Shown here: piece by piece, positions 51,501 to 64,000 of the stretch
How positions within the stretch are numbered: position 1 is the stretch's first letter
Layout: every line of letters starts with the position of its first letter
Assembly: GCF_902652985.1 (NCBI RefSeq)
Contig: NC_047027.1
Coordinates: forward strand, 7,006,001 to 7,070,000
Source of the DNA: Pecten maximus
Lineage: Eukaryota
Length of the DNA: 64,000 nucleotides
Reading direction: 5' to 3'
Made by a program: the position numbers and the translations under genes
The notes under the pieces: model-generated
Seen by the model: the letters and a program-made list of their open reading frames with translations, nothing else
The model's database searches: none
Told to the model about the DNA's origin: nothing

Positions 51501-52546
51501 CGTAATACAACCTCAAAAAAAAATAACGGTATGACATAATCACACGAAATCAATCGTTTTACAACCAAGTTACTATAATATATTCAGACAAAAAAAATAC
51601 GAAAACATGAATACTTTACAAACAACTATTTCAAACAAATAATCTAGAAGTTTATATATATGAAATCCCAAAAGACACACCCAATATTTCCACTCTTCAA
51701 TCCACCGAATACCACCGGCTGATTACAGTGAACATCGCCATAAGTACATAGTACAATCACTAACGGCGATGTTTTCTATTGAAGATAAAATCAAATCATG
51801 GTTATCTCCCTTTACACCTCACAACCAATAATACTATTTACAGAAAAGTATGTTTACAATATACCCTGACAAGAATAATGTTTTTAAACAATCAAGGAAC
51901 ACCCTAGATTTGTTTAACCTCCTCAGTACGGATGTACAGTCTCCGGTATGGTCCCCCGTTAACACACACTAGAAGTGTGGAGAGCAGGCGTATAGATTGA
52001 TAATATAACTTCCCCGTCATTAAATGCTTCCTTATCATACTTAATAAAACAAACATGGGCATGTAAATATATAAATATATTGGCTATATGTATCTGATAT
52101 GATCGCTTTAACGGTGTCTTGTAAAGAAGATTTAACATAGACGTACACAACTGTTCAACCTCACCCTTGGTTGTATCCCATTATTGTACTGTTTTAAAAC
52201 ACTACATCAAAACTATTTGTAAAAGTTCCTTGTAAGATAGAATTGCACACTTATGGTTACCTAGGCGGTCAGGCTTCGGTTCCCCGATCAGACGTGAATG
52301 AGTATGTGGTCACCTGCCCGACCACGTGAGTTTTCTCCGTATTCCCTGGTTTCCTTCCACATTAAGATTCCTCGCGCGCTTCAATCCGGACCAACAAGAA
52401 TAATAATACCAGTTGATATTACTCATTTTGCAATTGTTGTAAAATAAATAATTTACATTTTAGAATGAAACTTACATCATCCTAAAAGTTCATGTTACTG
52501 TTAACGGTACACAATATATCTAACCTATTTCAGCCTACTTTCGATC

Positions 52547-53955
52547 CTACACTGTAAATGTTATTTGGTTTAGTCTGTCTTCTTTCGTTTGTAAACGTTT
52601 TGTCTTTAATCTTCGCATCATCTTTTTTGTCGTCGTTGTCGGTAAATTTGTTGGTGCTGGTTTCAAAATCGACGGTACCTGGGCAACCATAAAATCTCCG
52701 AAAATCGGTTGTCTGTCCATCAACACTGGTTCATGTTTCAATAGTTTCCTGAATATTTCCAACTGCTTCGATCCTGAGAGAAAAGGTGAAAATGTGTTAT
52801 AACAGTGTTTGATTATATTGTCTCTTTCTGCTTTAGGTTTAATATCAACTGTATCTAGAACTGGATATATATTATTTAGATAATTTTTATTACAAACCTT
52901 TAATTGTCTTCCCCACTGTGTTGAAGGTGTCCATTTCACCTGGTCTGACTTGACCGTCCTGACGAAGTGCGTCCCACACCCTCAACGTATCTTCCAAAGG
53001 GGCCTTGGTCGCCCTTGTGGATTTTACTTGGTACTTGAGCGGTGAACTGTATGAGTAAAATACAGAAAAATAAGTTAATTTACTATTCTACCATGTTTGC
53101 TATGTAACGCCAGTTTTGATTGGTTTAAAACCATGTATTATTTCGTCGAGTCACGGCTGTTACAATTTTATATATCTAAATTTCTCCCGTTTTATGAAAG
53201 GTTACTATAGCCGAGTGGGCTAATGGGTTAGTCTTTCAATACATTTTTATCAAGACGCGAGTTCGAATCCTACGGAGGCCCCCTTTTTTAACTTTTTTTT
53301 TATCCCTTTTTTAAATTTTCAAAATCAATGCCATATGATAGATGCTCTTGATCGTAGTACTGTATTGCCTGTACATTTCATCAACAAATAATGCAATACT
53401 CAGGAAATAAATTACAAGGTTTTCTCGGGGTTTCTTTGCTGTTTTTCTATTAAAAGAGGTCGATCTCAGAACTAAACAGTACATGGTAGAATAGAAATAA
53501 TCAACTTTGACTCGTGTATTGTTGCAGGATATACAACTCGGACTCGGATATTTTGCAATTTTAATTAATAACAATTGCAAAATATCCTCGTTCTCGTTCT
53601 ATATTCTGCAACAATACACGAATCATCGTTAATTATTTCTTAAACAACAAATATACATAGCTATGTTTTGTCGGGAAATGGTACATAGAATAGCGATTGT
53701 CTGGTTTGGTTGATCATTGTTTAACGTCCTATCAACATCTAAGGCTATTTTAAATTGTCCTTTCAATTCAAGATAATTAAAATATTGATATCATGGGGAA
53801 ATGATCTGATGTAAATTAACATAATCTGAAATAATATAACCACAATAAGAACACTTTAATAGTTGACATACTTACAATGTTTGAAAACGTCTACTGATGT
53901 TTTTCCGTGTCGATACGATCACGTGCCTCAATAGATTACTACAAGTAGCGTTCAT
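52547..53955 (-). CDS. Family paralogue E3, 151 aa; exons 53955-53876, 53046-52898, 52773-52547
   Basis: Open frame; retains the family Trp (TLRVWDALRQD vs MLRAWQTLQED in A). Confidence 0.82.
53086..53643. mobile_element. Unit-specific ~560-bp insertion in E3 intron 1 (non-autonomous element, class uncertain)
   Basis: Absent from the other 4 units; TATTCTACCATG / CATGGTAGAATA inverted pair, long 3' hairpin (about 53492-53640), internal pol III A/B-box-like motifs. Confidence 0.8.
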
Positions 53956-56900
53956 GGTTTACAATTAGATCTGAGCTCTCTCGTGTATCGTGGTTACAGA
54001 CAGAAGTGTTCAGTCAAAATGAGCCTAATGGCTTAGTACACAACAGCCTGAATATAAACAATGAATGAACAACAGAAATGATCGTACGATATCGCGTGTC
54101 AAGTTAAGCAGCCTCTAAATATGTTGGGGTTTACCTTCCGTGTCGTGAAGGGATGGACACGTGCGAATGTTAACTAAAACTCGGAATATCAATATATAAA
54201 CATGTTCTATGTATAGAATTCTGGCAATTTTTCCAGTTTTCAGCAGAAAAACTATATATAGAGTTTAGAAATACCATGTTTATTTTTATATATCTGTACA
54301 TAATGATGGTAACATAGAAACATATTAATATGAAACTAGAAATACTGGGATTTAAATCTAACAATATGTACTTATATTTGTGTTTGATTAAAATATATAT
54401 ACATTTGTATGTTGTTAATTCGTGATTGATATTAATATTATATTCTCGATCCAAGTTTACATAAAAGATCACGACTTTACAATCGAACTTCCTTTACATT
54501 TCACAACCAATACATGCGACATTGCATATTAAATATTATCTTAATCATTCAGCCTATATAAACATGTATAGCGTGGGTTTTCTGTTAGATTGACAATCAT
54601 GTGCGTTTGTTCGGGAGATTGACAATCATGTGTGTGTTTGTTTGGGTTAAATGGACAATCATGAATAGTAAACTGTATAAACGTCTTTGTTACTGTCATC
54701 CTTTTGATGACAAAGCTGTTCTATACATAAGTTTTGTTAAACGTGTTTTAAATGAATGCGGGATGAGTTACTTATGGGATATATAATATTCTTCTGAATG
54801 TAATCCATTATGGCAAAAACATTTTATTAAGTTAAGACTTTATGACCAGTACTTACAGAAATGGCAGAGTGATGGACACAATTCATCAAAGGCTATATGT
54901 TATAGAGTTTTTAAGGATAACTGTCATTTTAAAAGTTATTTACATACTTTAATAAAGATAGTCATTTTTTCGTTAATTTCGTACAACTAACCATCAATTT
55001 ATCAGATTGAGTATAAGGAAAGAACATGTTCACATTGTAATCGTCAACAAATTGGTGATGAATTTCATGATTTACTTGAATGTACAATATCGTCTGCTCA
55101 TAGAATTTTATATATAGACAAATACGGTTGGTCAAGACCAAATATCATTAATTTTAACGAACTCATGAATATAACTAAAGTTAAAACACTAATCAAACTG
55201 TTACTTTTATCAGAATACTTAATAACATTATATGTCCTGCTTGCTAAAAATGAAAATGTTTTATTTTGAAACAGTGCCATGTATCAACTACGAGCACTAC
55301 TTTAATTGTATATGTTTTATTGTCAATATGTTTTTCTCTATACCTCATGTCAGTACATTTGCCTGTGAAAAAAGAAGAAAACAAATTTGTATTTGATTTT
55401 ATGTGTTTGTTTGTTTGGGTTACGGATAATCTAGATAGTGTGTGTTTGTTTGGGTAATGTATAATCTAGATAGTGTGTGTTTGTTTGGGTTACGGATAAT
55501 CAAGATAGTGTGTGTTTGTTTGGGTTACGGATAATCTAGATAGTGTGTGCTTGTTTGGGTAATGTATAATCTAGATAGTGTGTGTTTGTTTGGGTTACGG
55601 ATAATCTAGATAGTGTGTTTGTTTGGGTTACGGGTAATCTAGATAGTGTGTGTTTGTTTGGGTTATGGGTAATCTAGATAGTGTGTGCTTGTTTGGGTTA
55701 CGGATAATCTAGATAGTGTGTGTTTGTTTGGTTACGGGTAATCTAGATAGTGTGTGTTTGTTTGGTTACGGGTAATCTAGATAGTGTGTGTTTGTTTGGG
55801 TTACGGGTAATCTAGATAGTGTGTGTTTGTTTGGGTTATGGATAATCTAGATAGTGTGTGTTTGTTTGGGTTATGGGTAATCTAGATAGTGTGTGTTTGT
55901 TTGGGTTATGGGTAATCTAGATAGTGTGTGTTTGTTAGGGTTATGGGTAATCTAGTGTGTGTACGTGTGTAAACTATCACTGATTTTACCAATAAAAACA
56001 TTGCTTATGGGAGAACTTTTAAGCTACAACGGTAGACTTTGCTATACAATGTAATTAACAGAATTTCAACCAGTATCTTCAGTGATACCAAATAAATTTC
56101 ACAACTCGAGAAATACATTTGGTATTACTGAAAACCCGGTTAGATATCCTCTATATATATCTCCTATCAACTACACTAACAATGGTACAGACAGTAACAT
56201 AGCGATCAATTCTATCTAGGAGTAATATAGTTTTAAACGATTTAAAACAATCTCCTCAAAATATTCTGAAATCGGCTTAATTTCCACCATATACATGATA
56301 CAGAAATAACAAAACAGAAAAATAACAATTGAGACATTTATTGATAAGCCGTATACAATCCCTAAATACAACACTCGACAGTGACTCATTACACCGTAAT
56401 ACAACCTCAAAACAATAACGGTATAGCGGAATCACACGAATATCAATCGTTTTACAAACAAGTTATTATACAACATTTACACCAAAACACAAAAACACAA
56501 ATACTTCACAAACATCAATTTCAAACAAATAATCTAAAAGTATAAATATAGATATATATAATCCCCTAAAAAACACACACGCAATTATTTCCACTATTCA
56601 ATCCACCGGATACCAACGGTGGATTACAGTGAACATCGCCATAAGCACTAATGACGATGTTTTCTATTGAAGATAAAATCAAATCATGGTTATCTCCCTT
56701 TACACCTCACAACCAATAATACTATTTACAGAAAAGCATGTTTACAAAATACCCTGACAAGAATAATGTTTGTAAGCAATCAAGGAACCCCCTAGATTTG
56801 TTTAACCTCTTCACTACGGATGTACAGTTTCCGATATGGTCCCCCGTTAACACACTAGAAGTGTGGTGAGGAGGCGTATAGATATATAATACAACTTCCC

Positions 56901-57436
56901 CGTCATTAAATGCTTCCTTATCATACTAAATCAAACAAACATGGGCATGTAAATATATAAATATATTGGCTATATGTATCTGATATGATCGTTTTAACGG
57001 TGTCTTGTAAAGAAGATTTAACATAGACGTACACAACTTTTAAACCTGGCCCTTGGGTGTATCCCATTATTGTACTGTTTTTAAACACTACATAAAACAA
57101 ATATTTGTAAAAGTTCCTTGTAAGATAGAATTGCACACTTAAGTTTCACCTAGGCGGCCGGGGTTCGGTTCCCCGATCAGACGTGAATGAGTATGTGGTC
57201 ACCTGGCCGACCACGTGGGTTTTCTCCGTATTCCCTGGTTTCCTTCCCCAGTAAGATCCCTCGCGCGCTTCCATCCGGGCCAACAAGAGTGATTAATACC
57301 AGTTGATATATTTCATTTTGCAATTGTTGTAAAATAAATAATTTACATTTTAGAATGAAACTTACATCATCCTAAAAGTTCATGTTACTGTTAACGGTAC
57401 ACAACATCTCTAACCTATTTCAGCCTACTTTCGACC

Positions 57437-58284
57437 CTACACTGTAAATGTTAATTGGTTTATACTGTCTTCTTTCGTTTGTAAACGTTTTGTCTTTAAT
57501 CTTCGCATCATCTTTTTTGTCGCTGTTATCGGTAAATTTGTTGGTGCTGGTTTCAAAATCGACGGCACCTGGGCAACCATAAAATCTCCGAAAATTGGTT
57601 GTCTGTCCAATAACACTGGTTCATGTTTTAATAGTTTCTTGAATATTTCCAACTGCTTCGATCCTGAGAGAAAAGGTGAAAATGTGTTATAACAGTGTTT
57701 GATTATGTTGTTTCTTTCTGCTTTAGATTTAATATCAACTGTATCTAGAACTGGATATATATATTATTTAGATATTTAAAAAAACAAACCTTTAATTGTC
57801 TTCCCCACTGTGTTGAAGGTGTCCATTTCACCTGGTCTGACCTGACCGTCCTGACGAAGTGCGCCACACACCCTCAACATATCTTCCGAGGGGGGCGTGG
57901 TCGCCCTTGTTGATTTTACTTGGTACTTGAGCGGGGAACTGTATGAGTAAAATATTCAGAGTTAATTTACTAATAACAAATATACATAGCAATGTTTTGT
58001 CGGGAAATGGTACATAAAATAGCTTTTGTTTTGTTTGGTTGATAATTGTTTAACGTCCTATCAACATCTAGGGCTATTTTAAATTGTCCTTTCAATTCAA
58101 GATAATTAAAATATTGATATCATGGGGGAATTATCTGATGTAAATTAACATAATCTGAAATAATATAATCACAATAAGAACACTTTATTAGTTGACATAC
58201 TTACAATGTTTGAAAACGTCTACTGATGTCTTTCCGTGTCGATACGATCACGTGCCTCAATAGATTACTACATGAAGCGTTCAT
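57437..58284 (-). CDS. Family paralogue E4, 151 aa; exons 58284-58205, 57938-57790, 57663-57437
   Basis: Open frame after splicing; a 2-nt intron indel breaks the naive read-through ORF but not the spliced model. Confidence 0.82.
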
Positions 58285-61200
58285 GGTTTACAATTAGATC
58301 TGAGCTCTCTCGTATATCGTGGTTACAGACAGAAGTGTTCAGTCAAAATAAGCCTAATGGCTTAGTACACAACAGCTTGAATAAGCAATGAATGAAAAAC
58401 AGAAATGATCGCACGATATCGCGTGTCAAGTTAAGCAGCCTCTAAATATGTTGGGGTTTTCCTTCCGTGCCGTGAAGGGTGGACACGTGCGGATATTAAC
58501 AGAAACTCGGAATATCATTTGATAAACATGTTGTTTGTATAGAATTCTGGCAATTTTTCCAGTTTTAGGCAGAAAAACTATATATAGAGTTTAGAAATAC
58601 CATGTTTATTTTTATATATCTGTACATAATGATGGTAACATAGAAACCTTTTAAAATGAAAATAGAAATACTTGGATTTTAAATCTTACAATATATACTT
58701 ATATTGGTGTTAGATTACGATATATATACATTTGTATGTTGTTAATTCGTGATTGATATTAATATCACATTCTCGATCCAAGTTTACATAAAATATCACG
58801 AATTTCCAATCGCGCTTCCTTTACATTTCACAACCAATACATGCGACATTGCATATTAAATATTATCTTAATCATTCAGCCTATATAAACATGTATAACG
58901 TGGGTTTTATGTAAGATTGACAATCATGTGCGTTTGTTCGGAAGATTGATAATCATGTGTGTGTTTGTTTGAGTTAAATAGACAATCATGAATAGTAAAC
59001 TGTAGAAACGTCTTTGTTACTGTCATCCGTTTGATGACAAACCTTTTCTATACATAAGTTTTGTTAAACGTGTTTTAAATGAATGCGGGATGAGTTACTT
59101 ATGGGATATATAATATTCTTCTGAATGTAATCCATTATGGCTAAAACATTTTATTAAGTTAAGACTTTATGACCAGTACTTACAGAAATGGCAGAGTGAT
59201 GGACACAATTCATCAAAGGCTATATGTTATAGAGTTTTTAAGGATAACTGTCATTTTAAAAGTTATTTACATACTTTGATAAAGATAGAGTCATTTTTTC
59301 GTTAATTTCGTACAACTAACCATCAATTTATCAGATTGAGTGTAAGGAAAGAACATGTTCACATTGTAATCGTCAACAAATTGGTGATGAATTTCATGAT
59401 TTACTTGAATGTACAATATCGTCTGCTTATAGACAAATACTGTTGGTCAAGACCAAATATCATTAATTTTAACGAACTCATGAATATAACTAAAGTTAAA
59501 ACACTAATCAAACTGTTACTTTTGTATTTGATTTTATGTGTTTGTTTGTTTGGGTTACGGATAATCTAGATAGTGTGTGTTTGTTTGGGTTACGGATACT
59601 CTAGATAGTGTGTGTTTGTTTGGGTAAAGTATAATCTAGATAGTGTGTGTTTGTTTGGGTTACGGATAATCTTGATAGTGTGTGTTTGTTTGGGTTACGG
59701 ATAATCAAGATAGTGTGTGTTTGTTTGGTTTATGTATAATCTAGATAGTGTGTATTTGTTTGGGTTACGGATAATCTAGATAGTGTGTGTTTGTTTGGGG
59801 TACGGATAATCTTGATAGTGTGTGTTTGTTTGGGTTACGGATAATCAAGATAGTGTGTGTTTGTTTGGGTTACAGATAATCTAGATAGTGTGTGTTTGTT
59901 TGGGTTATGAGTAATCTAGATAACGTGTGTTTGCTTGGGTTATGTATAATCTAGATAGTGTGTGTTTGTTTGGGTTATGAGTAATCTAGATAGTGTTTGT
60001 TTGTTTGGGTTATGGGTAATCTAGATAGTGTGTGTGTTTGTTTTGGTTATGTATAATCTAGATAGTGTGTGTTTGTTTGGGTTACAGACAATCTAGATAG
60101 TTTGTGTTTGTTTGGGTTACGGATAATCTAGATAGTGTGTGTTTGTTTGGGTTATGGGTAATCTAGATAGTGTGTGTTTGTTTGGGTTATGGGTAATCTA
60201 GATAGTGTGTGTTTGTTTGGGTTATGGGTAATCTAGATAGTGTGTGCTTGTTTGGGTTATGGGTAATCTAGTGTGTGTACGTGTGTAAACTATCACTGAT
60301 TTTACCAATCAAAACATTGCTTATGGGAGAACTTTTAAGCTACCACGGTAGACTTTGCTATACAATGAAATTAACAGAATTTCAACCAGTATCTTCAGTG
60401 ATACCAAATAAATTTCACAACTCGAGAAATACATTTGGTATTACTGAAAACATGGTTAGATATCCTCTATATATATCTCCTATAAACTACACTGACAATA
60501 GATAGTAACATAGCGATCAATTCTATCTAGGAGTAATATAGTTTTAAACGATTTAAAACAATCTCCTCAAAATATTCTGAAATCGGCTTAATTTCGATCA
60601 TATACATGATACAGAAATAACAAAACAGGAAAATAACAAGTGAGACATTTATTGATCACCCGTATACAATCCCTAAATACAACACTCGACAGTGACTCAT
60701 TACACCGTAATACAACCTCAAAAAAAAAAAACGGTATAACATAATCACACGAAATCAATCGTTTTACAACCAAGTTACTATAATATATTCAGACAAAAAA
60801 AAAAAAAAACGAAAACATGAATACTTTACAAACAACTATTTCAAACAAATAATCTAGAAGTTTATATATATGAAATCCCAAAAGACACACGCAATTATTT
60901 CCACTCTTCAATCCACCGGATACCACCGGCTGATTACACTGAACATCGCCATAAGTACATAGTACAATCACTAACGGCGATGTTTTCTATTGAAGATAAA
61001 ATCAAATCATGGTTATCTCCCTTTACACCTCACAACCAATAATACTATTTACAGAAAAGTATGTTTACACTATACCCTGACAAGAATAATGTTTGTAAAC
61101 AATCAGAGAACCCCCTAGATTTGTTTAACCTCCTCAGTACGGATGTACAGTCTCCGGTATGGTCCCCCGTTAACACACACTAGAAGTGTGGAGAGCAGGC

Positions 61201-61757
61201 GTATAGATTGATAATATAACTTCCCCGTCATTAAATGCTTCCTTATCATACTTAATAAAACAAACATGGGCATGTAAATATATAAATATATTGGCTATAT
61301 GTATCTGATATGATCGCTTTAACGGTGTCTTGTAAAGAAGATTTAACATAGACGTACATAACTGTTCAACCTCACCCTTGGTTGTATCCCATTATTGTAC
61401 TGTTTTAAAACACTACATCAAAACTATTTGTGAAAGTTCCTTGTAAGATAGAATTGCACACTTATGGTTACCTAGGCGGTCAGGCTTCGGTTCCCCGATC
61501 AGACTGAATAAGTATGTGGTCACCTGCCCGATCACGTCGGGTTTCTCCGTATTCCCTGGTTTCATTCCTCAGTAAGATCCCTCGCGCGCTTCAATCCGGG
61601 CCGACAAGAGTGATTAATACCAGTTGATACATTTCATTTTGAAATTGTTGTAAAATAAATAATTTACATTTTAGAATGAAACTTACATCATCCTAAAAGT
61701 TCATGTTACTGTTAACGGTACACAACATCTCTAACCTATTACAGCCTACTTTCTACC

Positions 61758-62603
61758 CTACACTGTAAATGTTAATTGGTTTATACTGTCTTCTTTTGTT
61801 TGTAAACGTTTTGTCTTTAATCTTCGCATCATCTTTTTTGTCGCTGTTATCGGTAAATTTGTTGGTGCTGGTTTCAAAATCGACGGCACCTGGGCAACCA
61901 TAAAATCTCCGAAAATTGGTTGTCTGTCCAATAACACTGGTTCATGTTTTAATAGTTTCCTGAATATTTCCAACTGCTTCGATCCTGAGAGAAAAGGTGA
62001 AAATGTGTTATAACAGTGTTTGATTATGTTGTTTCTTTCTGCTTTAGATTTAATATCAACTGTATCTAGAACTGGATATATATTATTTAGATATTTGAAA
62101 ATACAAACCTTTAATTGTCTTCCCCACTGTGTTGAAGGTATCCTTGTCACGTGGTCTGAATTGACCGTCCTGACGAAGTGCGCCCAACACCCTCAACATA
62201 TCTTCCGAGGGGGGCGTGGTCGCCCTTATGGATTTTACTTGGTACTTGAGCGGTGAACTGTATGAGTAAAATATTCAGAGTTAATTTACTAATAACAAAT
62301 ATACATAGCAATGTTTTGTCGGGAAATGGTACATAGAATAGCGATTGTCTGGTTTGGTTTATTATTGTTTAACGTCCTATCAACATATAAGGCTATTTTA
62401 AATTGTCCTTTCAATTCAAGATAATTAAAATATTGATATCATGGGGAAATTATCTGATGTAAAATAACATTATCTGAATTGATATAACCACAATAAGAAC
62501 ACTTTAATAGTTGACATACTTACAATGTTTGAAAACGTCTACTGATGTCTTTTCGTGTCGATAAGATCACGTGCCTCAATAGATTACTACATGTAGCGTT
62601 CAT
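61758..62603 (-). CDS. Family paralogue E5, 151 aa; exons 62603-62524, 62257-62109, 61984-61758
   Basis: Open frame; exon 2 reads ...TTPPSEDMLRVLGALRQDGQFRPRDKDTFNTVGKTIKG. Confidence 0.82.
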
Positions 62604-64000
62604 GGTTTAATATTATATCTGAGCTCTCTCGTATATCGTGGTTACAGACAGAAGTGTTCAGTCAAAATGAGCCTAATGGCTTAGTACACAACAGCCTGAA
62701 TATAAACAATGAATGAAAAACGGAAATGATCGTACGATATCGCGTGTCAAGTTAAGCAGCCTCTAAATATGTTGGGGTTTTCCTTCCGTGTCGTGAAGGA
62801 TGGACACGTGCGAATGTTAAGTAAAAATCTGAATATCAATTTATAAACATGTTGTTTGTATAGAATTCTGGCAATTTTTCCAGTTTACAGCAGAAAAACT
62901 ATATATAGAGTTTAGAAATACCATGTTTATTTTTATATATCTGTACATAATGATGGTAACATAGAAACATATTAATATGAAACTAGAAATACTTGGATTT
63001 TAAATCTTACAATATATACTTATATTGGTGTTAGATTACGATATATATAAATTTGTATGTTGTTAATTCGTGATTGATATTAATATCACATTCTCGATCC
63101 AAGTTTACATAAAATATCACGAATTTTCAATCGCGCTTCCTTACATTTCACAACCAATACATGCGACATTGCATATTAAATATTATCTTAATCATTCAGC
63201 CTATATAAACATGTATAACGCGGGTTTTATGTAAGATTGACAATCATGTGCGTTTGTTCGGAAGATTGATAATCATGTGTGTGTTTGTTTGAGTTAAATA
63301 GACAATCATGAATAGTAAACTGTAAAAACGTCTTTGTTACTGTCATCCGTTTGATGACAAACCTTTTCTATACATAAGTTTTGTTAAACGTGTTTTAAAT
63401 GAATGCGGGATGAGTTACTTATGGGATATATAATATTCTTCTGAATGTAATCCACTATGGCTAAAACATTTTATTAAGTTAAGACTTTATGACCAGTACT
63501 TACAGAAATGGCAGAGTGATGGACACAATTCATCAAAGGCTATATGTTATAGAGTTTTTAAGGATAACTGTCATTTTAAAAGTTATTTACATACTTTGAT
63601 AAAGATAGAGTCATTTTTTCGTTAATTTCGTACAACTAACCATCAATTTATCAGATTGAGTGTAAGGAAAGAACATGTTCACATTGTAATCGTCAACAAA
63701 TTGGTGATGAATTTCATGATTTACTTGAATGTACAATATCGTCTGCTTATAGACAAATACTGTTGGTCAAGACCAAATATCATTAATTTTAACGAACTCA
63801 TGAATATAACTAAAGTTAAAACACTAATCAAACTGTTACTTTTGTATTTGATTTTATGTGTGTGTTTGTTTGGGTTACGGATAATCTAGATAGTGTGTGT
63901 TTGTTTGGGTTACGGATAATCTAGATAGTGTGTGTTTGTTTGGGTAAAGTATAATCTAGATGGTGTGTGTTTGTTTGGGTTACGGATAATCTAGATAGTG

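Larger units (their letters stand above)
41560..64000. repeat. Tandem gene-bearing macro-repeat, 5 units of about 4.3-4.9 kb starting near 41560, 46240, 51087, 55975, 60291; last unit cut by window end
   Basis: Anchor TATCACT..GATTTTACCAATCAAAACATTGCTTATGGGAGAA recurs; each unit holds a SINE, a minus-strand gene and a 35-bp minisatellite. Confidence 0.96.

Noticed and set aside
53200-53282. Functional tRNA gene
   Set aside because: A/B-box-like motifs are present but I cannot fold a convincing cloverleaf, and it lies inside an insertion.

Overview
AT-rich, intron-containing eukaryotic DNA, most likely a bivalve mollusc (inferred from a temptin-like gene, Meta/V-type SINE relics and a HINE-type element). 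Most ORFs in the supplied track are repeat read-throughs or exon-plus-intron fragments. Two gene systems can be assembled by hand. (1) A 3-exon secreted temptin-like gene (6049-8084, +) with a duplicated promoter and exon 1 about 3 kb upstream. (2) A cluster of nine paralogues of a small (116-151 aa) protein I do not recognise. All nine have three coding exons with intron phases 2 and 1 at homologous positions. Four lie on + (A 12689, B 21698, C 26768, divergent D 36912). Five lie on -, one in each unit of a 4.3-4.9 kb tandem macro-repeat filling about 41560-64000. B and D share an identically spaced kappaB-like/MEF2-like upstream module, suggesting an inducible gene family under birth-and-death evolution (inference). 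The rest is mini/satellite arrays, SINEs, MITE-like elements and a probably low-quality A-rich tract (about 15750-20400).
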